From the IMG/VR virus record IMGVR_UViG_3300027770_000003: a stretch of DNA of 64,000 nt. One strand, 5' to 3'. Numbering within the stretch: position 1 is the first letter of the stretch; every line of letters starts with the position of its first letter. This DNA is from an uncultured virus (IMG/VR IMGVR_UViG_3300027770_000003) (Duplodnaviria > Heunggongvirae > Uroviricota > Caudoviricetes). Made by a program: the position numbers and the translations under genes. The notes beneath the pieces were generated by a model. It did not search any database and was not told the origin of the DNA. It saw only the letters and a program-made list of their open reading frames with translations. Below, piece by piece: positions 35,732 to 44,672 of the stretch.

Positions 35732-36249
35732 TTCTGCTCGCTTTCTTTGACAGTTTTAAGTTGACGCTGCCACCTAGGGTCCGATAAGAATAGGGCATCT
35801 TTCTTTCTCTTTTTGGATTTCCCCTCTAGATAAAGATTAGTCTCTCTAGATTGGGTGTCAGCAGTGACACCCTCCGAGGGTGTCTCCAGTGACACCCCGC
35901 TAGTGTCACCAGTGACACCCCTAGGGGTGTCTACAGTGTCACCCCTACGAGAATTTGGATTGTTGAAATCAACCCGATAGAGGTTCGTCATGCTTCTGCC
36001 AGTCTTACCTTTTCGCACTGTCTTGATAACAGCACCAGACGACTCAATACGGTTCATAGCCCGAATGACTGTTCTACGGTCATACCCAGTAAGTTCGGCT
36101 AGGTGGTCGTAGGACGTTGTTATGTCTTGCCTATCGCCGTTCATGTAAGTCAGAGCATGTATAAGCACACAGAGTGCCACTGCATCTTGACCTAGGTATT
36201 CCAAGACCCATCGTGGTACTGGTATGAACTGCCCATTTAATTTCGCCAT
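35728..36249 (-). CDS. Winged-helix replication initiator-like protein
   Basis: FIPVPRW, TSYDHLAELTGYDRRTVIRAM, TNLYR; internal iterons; upstream of the DnaC-like gene. Confidence 0.75.
   Translation of the reverse strand: MAKLNGQFIPVPRWVLEYLGQDAVALCVLIHALTYMNGDRQDITTSYDHLAELTGYDRRTVIRAMNRIESSGAVIKTVRKGKTGRSMTNLYRVDFNNPNSRRGDTVDTPRGVTGDTSGVSLETPSEGVTADTQSRETNLYLEGKSKKRKKDALFLSDPRWQRQLKTVKESEQK
35853..35944. repeat. Four 20-bp imperfect palindromes GGGTGTC(A/T)NCAGTGACACCC, putative origin iterons
   Basis: Copies start at 35853, 35878, 35901 and 35925, inside the initiator gene. Confidence 0.8.
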
Positions 36250-36251
36250 GT

Positions 36252-36280
36252 TTGCTTCCTTCTTCTTGTCGTGTTATAGT
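36252..36280 (+). promoter_or_regulatory. Antisense SigA-like promoter TTGCTT-N17-TATAGT with extended TG
   Basis: Overlaps the initiator RBS and points away from the gene. Confidence 0.55.
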
Positions 36281-36286
36281 TCCTAT

Positions 36287-36392
36287 ATGGGGTTCCCCTT
36301 CACCCCTAGCCTCATCTGGTTATTCAGATATTGGCGCTTGTGGTAAGGGTGCTGGTGATTTCCCCTTCTTTGATCCAGCACCCACCACGAGT
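36287..36392 (+). ncRNA. Candidate antisense (countertranscript) RNA with two hairpins
   Basis: Stems ATCTGG/TCAGAT and CTTGTGGT..GGGTGCTGG/CCAGCACCC-ACCACGAG; G-U pairs favour the + strand. Confidence 0.45.
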
Positions 36393-37024
36393 TATCCTAA
36401 AAGTCTTTGTAATGTAGGGATGTTGATCGCTCTTGCTTCCATAGAGCCATCTATAAAGGTCACAATCAACTGAACCATTGAGATCAATCCTAAGTCTTCT
36501 TCCGTGAAGAGTGGTGTTGGGATACCTAGATCTCTTTTCAACGCATCCTGGGGCTTCCTAGAGGCCTCTGAGGGGGCGCTAATAAGTGGATCATCTTGAG
36601 GCAGGTCATCATGGGATACCCACAAAGGAATTAACCCATTGGTCAATTCTAAAGACATCATGTTTAGAGCGTCTGCCTCAAAGACAAGGCGCTGGGTCAT
36701 CTCAGTAGCCTGACCAGTTTCGTCTGTATCAAACAAGACAAGCAACTGAGCATCACTGTTCTTCTTAAGGGTATCCATGACCACATCATCAACTGCAATA
36801 ACATTCTTTGCAGCCTGCATTACGGCTGGGTGTACCTTGCCTGAATCAAAGTAGACAATGAAGTCTGCGCTGTAATCTACCAACCAGTCAAGAACTCGTG
36901 CTTGACCAGCAGTAGGTTTACCAGTCCACATGTAGTGGAAAACTGCGCCTTCTTTGACATCTCCTAGTCCTACCTCAATTACATTGGCTGGAGCATTTCC
37001 CATTCCACCGATAACGTATTCCAT
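36392..37024 (-). CDS. Hypothetical protein (Rossmann-like N-terminus)
   Basis: 210-aa ORF with AGGA RBS. Confidence 0.7.
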   Translation of the reverse strand: MEYVIGGMGNAPANVIEVGLGDVKEGAVFHYMWTGKPTAGQARVLDWLVDYSADFIVYFDSGKVHPAVMQAAKNVIAVDDVVMDTLKKNSDAQLLVLFDTDETGQATEMTQRLVFEADALNMMSLELTNGLIPLWVSHDDLPQDDPLISAPSEASRKPQDALKRDLGIPTPLFTEEDLGLISMVQLIVTFIDGSMEARAINIPTLQRLLG

Positions 37025-37048
37025 GTTGGTTCCTATTCTGCATGTTGT

Positions 37049-37306
37049 TTACTTTAATGAACGCTTATTTGCCATATCGCCTAAGAAGGTGAGCAATCGT
37101 AGCAGAGAGTGTACCGTTCCTGCAAGGGTAGCAACTGCTAATCCTGCAAGCCAATGATCCGTAAAGGGGATTACAAAGGTTGCCCCATAAGATGCAACTA
37201 TCCCGACTACGACCTTCACCCAAGGCATTGCTTCACGAGGTGAAAGAGCATCAGCAACTTGTATCAGTTTGTATACGGCTAGTGCACAGATTATGTAATT
37301 CATCAC
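37049..37306 (-). CDS. Small membrane protein
   Basis: Two to three hydrophobic segments. Confidence 0.65.
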   Translation of the reverse strand: MMNYIICALAVYKLIQVADALSPREAMPWVKVVVGIVASYGATFVIPFTDHWLAGLAVATLAGTVHSLLRLLTFLGDMANKRSLK

Positions 37307-38946
37307 GTCTTTCCAGGAATCCAATCAAACACTAAAGCATAATCAATACTGGTGTCAAGCAGCATAGTTACTGGCAACATTTGTGGAAGCAATCTTGTAA
37401 TTGTGTTGTTTACTTTTTTCTTGTTTGTTGAGTATAGGGAATATGAAGCGTATTCACTTCCCGACCAAGCATGGTCAGAAAAGTTGTCTTGATAAACAAA
37501 CCCACCAAAGTCGGAAGAGCCATTAAAGAATTCTCCATACTTTCCTGGTTCAACCATCCATTGAGACACCGTAGTACTTTGTCCTGCCGCTAAAGAAAAA
37601 AGCATTACAGGATACCTAGAAACAGTTGTTGATTGAATTGGCATTTTAATGACTTTGCGATCCACTGGAGAAAGCGTTGAAGAAACACCTGCTGTACTTA
37701 ACTGTGATGCTGTGTTCCAAGTTGTCCATGATGCTGATGCTGACCATTGAGAACCATGCACAACACCATTACCCAATACTTTTGCTGATGACCAGTACTC
37801 TACTGTAGACGCTACAGGAACTGCAACTAATGATGTAAGCGCAAATTGTGCAGATGCAGAACTTGTGTTGGTTATAAGTAAGTTTTCTCCAGATTTTGTA
37901 TACGTGCAAGAAGCGCTTGAGGAACTAAATGCCCATTTCTTAGATCCAGAAGTAATTACAAACAAAGAATCGGCAACAAGGTTTACTTTTTCTGCGTATA
38001 CACGAAATGTATATTTTGGTGACACTGGTGCTTCAACTACATCTACCTGGCAACCACTAACGGCTGTAATGTATTGCTTAATTGAATTGACTGTTCCTTT
38101 TTGTTGTCGGTAGTACCCAATGTCTTGGAGTAATTGCCGAACACGAGAAGTACCAATGTCTGCTGAAGTTACTTCTAAAGCAAACATATCTGCTAGTGCG
38201 TCAATAGATTGTGATTCATTATGTTCTGGATCATATTGTGTCATTACTGAATCAATTAATGACCTTGTTTTATCTAATTCAAAACTAAAGATGCTAAGGA
38301 ATCTAGAGAGTTGCCCACGCCCCAAACCAGACGGGTCTAGTGCCGCCCCAGAGGTATCCCCCGTTCGGTATTGTGCTGGGATTCTATTCCAAAGTTGTTC
38401 ATAAGAACCGTAGTCATTTGGAACAAGTTCTTGTAATGTTGCCATTCGCTCGTACCAACTTACTCCAGTGTTACCACTTCCATTTTGGTTCCAGTGGATG
38501 AACAAAGAATAGTACGCCCACACACCTTGAGAATACTCATAAGATTTGACGTGCTCTACTGAGTAGTTATCATCAAAATGCTTTTGTGTTTTGATGATGA
38601 TGCCATCGGCAACAGTTTCAGGAAATCCAGTTGGAGAGTAAACAATAACTACTTCAAATGGTTTTGTTTCCCCTACTGCGATCAGTGCTTTGTCAGTAAT
38701 TGTAAATGAAGACCATGTCAATAGCACTGTGTCATAGTCAGTTGCAGTTGCTGTAAACTCAACAGTAGTGACAAGGGCAGTGCTTGCCTGTATAAAACTA
38801 TCAGCACGTAGTGCAGAGTCAGAATCTAAGCGTGTTTGTCCAACTGGAGTAGTTGTTTCATCTCCACGGACGTAAGAACCAAACGGGTTAGCATCGGGGC
38901 TACCACCAAGATCAGCACGGCGAAGTCTAAAGGAGGTATATGCCAT
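37303..38946 (-). CDS. Baseplate wedge / tail protein (gpI/gp7-like)
   Basis: LSRFLSIFSFELD...YRQQKGT; follows the baseplate J-like gene. Confidence 0.75.
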   Translation of the reverse strand: MAYTSFRLRRADLGGSPDANPFGSYVRGDETTTPVGQTRLDSDSALRADSFIQASTALVTTVEFTATATDYDTVLLTWSSFTITDKALIAVGETKPFEVVIVYSPTGFPETVADGIIIKTQKHFDDNYSVEHVKSYEYSQGVWAYYSLFIHWNQNGSGNTGVSWYERMATLQELVPNDYGSYEQLWNRIPAQYRTGDTSGAALDPSGLGRGQLSRFLSIFSFELDKTRSLIDSVMTQYDPEHNESQSIDALADMFALEVTSADIGTSRVRQLLQDIGYYRQQKGTVNSIKQYITAVSGCQVDVVEAPVSPKYTFRVYAEKVNLVADSLFVITSGSKKWAFSSSSASCTYTKSGENLLITNTSSASAQFALTSLVAVPVASTVEYWSSAKVLGNGVVHGSQWSASASWTTWNTASQLSTAGVSSTLSPVDRKVIKMPIQSTTVSRYPVMLFSLAAGQSTTVSQWMVEPGKYGEFFNGSSDFGGFVYQDNFSDHAWSGSEYASYSLYSTNKKKVNNTITRLLPQMLPVTMLLDTSIDYALVFDWIPGKT

Positions 38947-38948
38947 CT

Positions 38949-40748
38949 TTAGACAACCCCACCGCTGGCATTAATAACTAATTCTGAAAGCAATAACAGA
39001 TTGTTAGTTGCCGCTTGCACACCCTTAACCACAGGAGTCAATCCGATGGTGTCAATCACTGCGGAAGATCCTGTAGTGAACCTATCTACCGTAACGTAAT
39101 CCACACCATCAATATCAATAATTGCTCGGTACAATGTGCCCAGCGATATGGTTTGACCAAAAGTTACATTGTCAAAAGATAGTAATGATTTAATGGCAGT
39201 TGTTACTAAGTCAATCACACTTGCCTGAACATAAGTATTTAGGATATTTAAAGTAATAGTTACCTTTGCAGAAGTTAGCGCCACACTTGGCATTACTACT
39301 GTGTTTACCCCTACCATTTGACGGGGTTCAATATAACTATAAATTGAATCACGATACTCATTGTCCAGCAACAATGGACTTGTTGTTGGACTAGTTACTA
39401 AAGTACCATCGTAAACCGCTTGATCGGATAGTGCATAGATTTTAATTTGTGCATTTCGGTAAGATGCAACAGAAGATACTGATGCTGATGCAACACTTGC
39501 AGAAACTAAATCATACAATAAACTAGTTCCACTAGATCCAGTTTTGACTGTATATGTTCCATCAAATGTGTCATCTACATTAAATACCGCAATAGTTTCC
39601 CCCACAGTTAAACCATGTGCAGCACCTGTTGTCAATGTTGCAACATTGGCAGTAAGTGCTTTGTTTGTAATGTACCCAGTTTTAGCGGTAGCGCCAGTTA
39701 CAACATTTGCAGTTGATTTGGAAACTCCAGGAACTCGCAAAGTTAAATCACGGTAATCTTGAATAGATACTGCTCTATCTTGTGAACGGAACGATGCAGG
39801 AATGTTTAGTTGTAAAGAACTAATACTTTCGCTGTTAGTTCCACCAGATGCTTTGATGGTGTTTGGGGTAATAACAATTCCATCATATGGGGGTCCAAGT
39901 GTATTAGTTAAAGACTCAAATTCGGTAATTGTATTAGCATCTACGTTTCCAGCACTACCACGGGAGCGACGATAGTAAACAGAAACAGTTGCGTTAACTG
40001 TAGGTATTTTTCCATAAACACCATTACCAAAAACTACTGTTGAAGAATCATCAGAGTTAAGAACAAGGGAAAAAACATTGTCTGTGTTTGTTGCGTCAAT
40101 AAACCTATCTACTAAAGAGTAATCAACGGTTGTGCCACCTGCTCCTTCACTGACAGTTACAGAAACAGATTGTGTGACTACTCCAGTTTTGTTTAGTGTA
40201 AACCTTTGGCCTGCTAACCCATCACTAGTAAACGATTGAGTAAAGATTTCTCCCTCAGTAAGGGTTACTAATGCATTTGCAGACTTAGCATAAGTAGTGT
40301 AATTTTCAATTGCAGTTCCAGATTGATTAAAGGCAATAGGGCGATTGCTTGTAAATACAACATCATCAGCACCACTAATAAGTGGGTTTGCTATAAACCT
40401 GGTGTATCTTGGAATAAGTATTGGGGAAGCATCTGTTGCCGCTGAGTTTGTAGCATTTAGTGTAATAGACGCAGTAGCAGGAGTTCTTCCTGTAGGTGTG
40501 TAGTCAAGCAAACTAGCAATTGCTAAGATACTAGAGCGTTGAGTTGCTGTTGACAAAAACGCTTCTTGAGCAGCACGGTCAATGTAGTAGTGAAGCACAT
40601 CACCCATATACGCCCAAAGGTCAACAAGAAGCATTCCAAAGTCGGAAGCATCACGGGATGTCCACTCTGGCAGTACGGCAGATGCTCGGGCTAAAAGATC
40701 TTCTTTGATTGAGAAATAATCCCTACTAGTGTAATCAAATGTGGTCAT
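38949..40748 (-). CDS. Baseplate J/gp6-like wedge protein
   Basis: DYTSRDY, PEWT..DFG...AYMGDVL, FGNG..GKIP, RAVSIQDY. Confidence 0.9.
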   Translation of the reverse strand: MTTFDYTSRDYFSIKEDLLARASAVLPEWTSRDASDFGMLLVDLWAYMGDVLHYYIDRAAQEAFLSTATQRSSILAIASLLDYTPTGRTPATASITLNATNSAATDASPILIPRYTRFIANPLISGADDVVFTSNRPIAFNQSGTAIENYTTYAKSANALVTLTEGEIFTQSFTSDGLAGQRFTLNKTGVVTQSVSVTVSEGAGGTTVDYSLVDRFIDATNTDNVFSLVLNSDDSSTVVFGNGVYGKIPTVNATVSVYYRRSRGSAGNVDANTITEFESLTNTLGPPYDGIVITPNTIKASGGTNSESISSLQLNIPASFRSQDRAVSIQDYRDLTLRVPGVSKSTANVVTGATAKTGYITNKALTANVATLTTGAAHGLTVGETIAVFNVDDTFDGTYTVKTGSSGTSLLYDLVSASVASASVSSVASYRNAQIKIYALSDQAVYDGTLVTSPTTSPLLLDNEYRDSIYSYIEPRQMVGVNTVVMPSVALTSAKVTITLNILNTYVQASVIDLVTTAIKSLLSFDNVTFGQTISLGTLYRAIIDIDGVDYVTVDRFTTGSSAVIDTIGLTPVVKGVQAATNNLLLLSELVINASGGVV

Positions 40749-41155
40749 AGTGTTGTTTCCTCGGTAAGGGATAGTGGGGATACTAGATTAAACCGTGTAC
40801 TGGTAACAGTGTTTGTAGGGGGAACTGAGAACAATACCTCAACCATCATAGCGTTATTTGAAATGTTGCTGCCTATTGCTGGTTCTATTAGTCGGATATC
40901 TACAATCCTAACTCCAGAAACATTGGCAATCAAACCATTATTTACTTCTAATTTGTATTCTGAGAATACTAAAGAGTCGTAATCTTCAAATACCAATGTT
41001 TGACTATTGCCTCCATACGCATAATTCATAGGTCGTTCAAACTGCTGGGTTAATACATAGTCTTGTATCTTTTGCCCAATTGATTTCTCTAAGTCAGTTT
41101 CGTTAGATACTTTTCCAGAAGAAGCAATAGAGAATGGGGTTTTAATAGTTGTCAT
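40745..41155 (-). CDS. gp25/gpW-like baseplate protein
   Basis: LTQQFERPMNYAYG. Confidence 0.75.
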   Translation of the reverse strand: MTTIKTPFSIASSGKVSNETDLEKSIGQKIQDYVLTQQFERPMNYAYGGNSQTLVFEDYDSLVFSEYKLEVNNGLIANVSGVRIVDIRLIEPAIGSNISNNAMMVEVLFSVPPTNTVTSTRFNLVSPLSLTEETTL

Positions 41156-41391
41156 ACTGCTCCTGGTTGTGTTTGAAGCCAAAACACATTGGTATAGGTG
41201 TCATCATCACTTGCTATTACAATCTGTGAATTGACAGTAGGTACAGGCCATACTCCACCAATTGCTGATCGTGCAATGGGAGATATATCTAGAGTTGTAT
41301 TGGAATCAAACTTGGCTGGTATGCGAACTTTAATTTCGCCAGTACTAGCATTTGAGTACGAAACAATTGCTCTGTGAATGTTAGTAGACAT
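41152..41391 (-). CDS. Short baseplate spike protein (OB-fold only)
   Basis: HRAIV...GEIKVRIP...VPTVNSQIVI...VFW; lies between hub and gp25. Confidence 0.6.
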   Translation of the reverse strand: MSTNIHRAIVSYSNASTGEIKVRIPAKFDSNTTLDISPIARSAIGGVWPVPTVNSQIVIASDDDTYTNVFWLQTQPGAV

Positions 41392-42544
41392 AGGCAACTT
41401 CTTGTGCAGTAACCCATGTCTTATCCCGAAGTGCTGCTTTTGGCGGGGCAACAAAAGAGTTACCTGACTTTGTGGATAAAGGTGAAGCATTTGTAGAATC
41501 AGTTTTGATGTGAAGATACGTCATGTAACTTTCTACGTTGATGGAATGTCGTGCATCCTGTACTACCCAGTAACCATCAAACTCAGAGTTGTACTTTTCT
41601 ATCTTAACAATGCTTCCAGGTCGTAGTGTGGAAATTCCTGAAACTACAAGATCAGCATGAAAGGGTATGGAGTTCTTGATATACCCTTGGGTGAATTGTT
41701 TTAGTGCGTTTATTGACGTTGCTTGAAGTGTGACTTCCTGAGTAAACCTACCTGCAACGGGTTTACCTAAACCACTTGTTTCTGCGGTAGTAGATGAATT
41801 TTGTATTGTCTTACCATTTGCTGTAAGTGTTTTTAGTAGATAGTTATAACTATCGCCATCAGGAGTTATATCTCCAAAGGTTCCTTTGAATTCCATGATT
41901 ACACCAGGAACCCTTTTCTTACCTTCTTCTGCAATAGTAGATTGCAAGGTAAACGGAACAGTTGATCGGTAGTAGTTAGAGAATGGGTCATAAATATTCA
42001 AGTGTGCATTAGAAGCAGTTACGTAATACCCCATTTTGTTTGCTGTACTTACTAAGACTTCCCAATCAGATTTGTTACTTTGATCTATTACTGGGAATAC
42101 ATAATTGTTGTTTGGAACAGAATACGAAAAATTATACTTACTTGCCAGTTTCTTTACAAGACTAGGCAGGGAGATGTTTTTGTACACAGCACTTCGTGGA
42201 GGTTTCATCTCATAACTTGTGCCAAAACAAACAACTTTTGCTTCTTGAATAAGAGACTCATTAACAGATCCCATTCTTGAGTATGATCCAATTTCAATGT
42301 AGGCAATGTACCCATTGAACTCCACAGTGTTTGCGGTGTTGTTTCCAAAAGTAATAGTGACTGGAAGCCCACGGTAAGCAGTTACAGCAGATGGTGGAAA
42401 CCCTGAATAAGTAATTGTTGCAATGTCATGTTTATTCTCTGAGTATGAGATGTCAACAGCAACAACTTGCTTATCGGGGATAGTACCTCCAATAATATTA
42501 GTTGTAATTATTGGCGCATCACCAAATGGAAATCTGGTAATCAT
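41381..42544 (-). CDS. Baseplate hub (gpD/gp27-like)
   Basis: QSNKSDWEVL..A..MGY, LRPG...DGYWVV...H. Confidence 0.8.
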   Translation of the reverse strand: MITRFPFGDAPIITTNIIGGTIPDKQVVAVDISYSENKHDIATITYSGFPPSAVTAYRGLPVTITFGNNTANTVEFNGYIAYIEIGSYSRMGSVNESLIQEAKVVCFGTSYEMKPPRSAVYKNISLPSLVKKLASKYNFSYSVPNNNYVFPVIDQSNKSDWEVLVSTANKMGYYVTASNAHLNIYDPFSNYYRSTVPFTLQSTIAEEGKKRVPGVIMEFKGTFGDITPDGDSYNYLLKTLTANGKTIQNSSTTAETSGLGKPVAGRFTQEVTLQATSINALKQFTQGYIKNSIPFHADLVVSGISTLRPGSIVKIEKYNSEFDGYWVVQDARHSINVESYMTYLHIKTDSTNASPLSTKSGNSFVAPPKAALRDKTWVTAQEVAYVY

Positions 42545-42792
42545 TGTGGTACACGAATTTCCGTACCTGGGTACATGTCTAAAGGAAATGTAACGTGTGG
42601 ATTAACATCGGCTAATCTCCACCATTGCCCTGGATCCCCATAGAGTTTTGCCGCAAGTGATTCTAGGGTGTCACCATACTTAAGAGTATAAAGAAACACA
42701 GGCACATCAGATACAGTTTTGCGAGATGCAGTTACTGCACCGTCATCTAATACAACTGGGTTGTACTCATATCTAGACAATGCAGTAATCAT
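42541..42792 (-). CDS. LysM-domain baseplate protein (gpX-like)
   Basis: YTLKYGDTLESLAAKLYGDPGQWWRLADVNP. Confidence 0.85.
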   Translation of the reverse strand: MITALSRYEYNPVVLDDGAVTASRKTVSDVPVFLYTLKYGDTLESLAAKLYGDPGQWWRLADVNPHVTFPLDMYPGTEIRVPQ

Positions 42793-44672
42793 GAAGCAAC
42801 CACAGTAAAAGGAACACCACCAAGCATTGGGTTATTTCCGATAGCAATCCCACGTTTTCCACTTGCCTCTACTCCTGAAAATTTATGAACAATCTTCTGT
42901 GGAACATCTACAACCACACCACCACGGGTGCATTGCACAGTCAATTCAATCTCTCCATAGAAGCGATCTTGTTTAAAAGGTAGTTGTGCTATTGGTTGAG
43001 CAAGTTCCCACTCCCACATGGCATCTTCTCCAGACTCGTATAAGTATTGTGAAAATTTACCAAGCACTAACATGGCCCTTGTTTCACCAATTGCTCCAAC
43101 AATGCTTACTAGGAATTTACAAGGATGGTTATTTATGGACATTACAAATGGATTTTCTTTAGTTCCAAAACGTGTCCAAGCACTGGTGGTCTCTGGAGGA
43201 CCAAGTGCATAAGTTAACCCTGAACCCGTAGCATTTTTTACTGTTGTATCCCGAGTATTGCTTGCATTAGAAACATGTTCTGCCCACCAAAAAGACATCT
43301 TTCCAGAGAACGTAAAGTCAATGCCACCTGCATTTGTTGCTGTATCACCAACAGATTTCCAAAAGGCCATTCCTTCGTTAGATATCCCCGTGTAAAAGTT
43401 AAACTTGTTACTTTGTGCAGTCTTAGCAAATATGTCTTGCAATAGAAAGTGTGAGTCACTCTTACCTTGATCCCAATTACACTTGTCTAAGAAGTTGGTG
43501 AGTCCAGCCGTTGTTTGATCATAGATAATTCGTTCTTGAGTACCTGCCGCTGGTGGATCAGGAATGCCATCTGTTCCATCAATTTCACTTTTTGGAAGGA
43601 CAGGCATGTCTGTTAGGAATGTTTTTTGCTGGACAAACCCAATATACAGGGCTTGCATTTGCACAGCAACTGAGCATTGCGTAGGAATAAAGCCACGAGT
43701 GAATTTATTAAAAGTAACTTGACTACTAGTAACAAATCCTTCAATCATCATCCAATCACTAAACACCACACGAATAGGTTGCGGAACAAGAAATGCTTTG
43801 TTTCCTAAATTAGAAGTAAAGTTATTCATTCTGGTTGAGTCGTATACAGTTTCCTTTACTGTGCTGGTCGCATCGTTTGGATCAACTTTTTCTTGTTCTT
43901 CTGCGGCTAACGAAAGAGCATTGTTAGTAATAGCCTTAACAACATCTTTAGCAAGACCAACTCCCAAGATATCGTCTAGCACCATGATGTCTGCAAGTAC
44001 ACCAATTTCAGTTACCCAAGAAGGATCATATTTTGCGTCATCTTGAAGGAATCTAGAAGTTACTTGCTCAAAACTACTATTGTCTGTACCTACTGCTGCT
44101 CGGTTACCTTTTAGTAATTTTCCACCCATAAGGTATTTTCCACTATTTACCTCGGCTTCTCTGTTAAACAAAAGATCAAATGCATAGCCTGCTTTACCAG
44201 GAACTGGTTGGGTAAGTTGAGCAGGGTCTTGATTAAAGAAAAACTGCATACTAGTATCAGACTGGATTGCACGAGTAATGCTGTCTGGGTTAAACTGAAA
44301 GTTACACTTTAAGTTACTTAGTACTGATGGAGTGTCTGATCCAGAGGACTGTCTGGCATAAAATTCAGTTAATCTTCGCACATATCCACGATTGATGGTT
44401 GTTCCACCTACCGTATTTCTGGCTCTAACAGTGTCTCTTGTGCCAGGGTAAATGAATTTTGGGTTTTGTTCATACTGCGTAAACCCAGTTGAAGCAAGTC
44501 TTGCTTGTGCTTCTTGATTTTGAGTTTGAGTAAATGTTGAAAGTGCTTTTGATGTAACAGTACGAGTGTCCTTTGCATCAACAAACTTTTTCTTAATCGT
44601 AGTACTTGAAGTTTTGACAGCAGGAACCACTACCTTTTTATTATATTGTGCGTCTTCTCCGCCGTATGCCAT
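42789..44672 (-). CDS. Tail-tube initiator / baseplate protein
   Basis: FQFNPDSI, FDLLFNR, IEGFVTS...F...FIP; follows the tape measure gene. Confidence 0.65.
   Translation of the reverse strand: MAYGGEDAQYNKKVVVPAVKTSSTTIKKKFVDAKDTRTVTSKALSTFTQTQNQEAQARLASTGFTQYEQNPKFIYPGTRDTVRARNTVGGTTINRGYVRRLTEFYARQSSGSDTPSVLSNLKCNFQFNPDSITRAIQSDTSMQFFFNQDPAQLTQPVPGKAGYAFDLLFNREAEVNSGKYLMGGKLLKGNRAAVGTDNSSFEQVTSRFLQDDAKYDPSWVTEIGVLADIMVLDDILGVGLAKDVVKAITNNALSLAAEEQEKVDPNDATSTVKETVYDSTRMNNFTSNLGNKAFLVPQPIRVVFSDWMMIEGFVTSSQVTFNKFTRGFIPTQCSVAVQMQALYIGFVQQKTFLTDMPVLPKSEIDGTDGIPDPPAAGTQERIIYDQTTAGLTNFLDKCNWDQGKSDSHFLLQDIFAKTAQSNKFNFYTGISNEGMAFWKSVGDTATNAGGIDFTFSGKMSFWWAEHVSNASNTRDTTVKNATGSGLTYALGPPETTSAWTRFGTKENPFVMSINNHPCKFLVSIVGAIGETRAMLVLGKFSQYLYESGEDAMWEWELAQPIAQLPFKQDRFYGEIELTVQCTRGGVVVDVPQKIVHKFSGVEASGKRGIAIGNNPMLGGVPFTVVAS

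Noticed and set aside
35853..35944. Palindromic repeats as a mini-CRISPR array
   Set aside because: Spacers are only 3-5 bp and the repeats are in frame within the initiator gene
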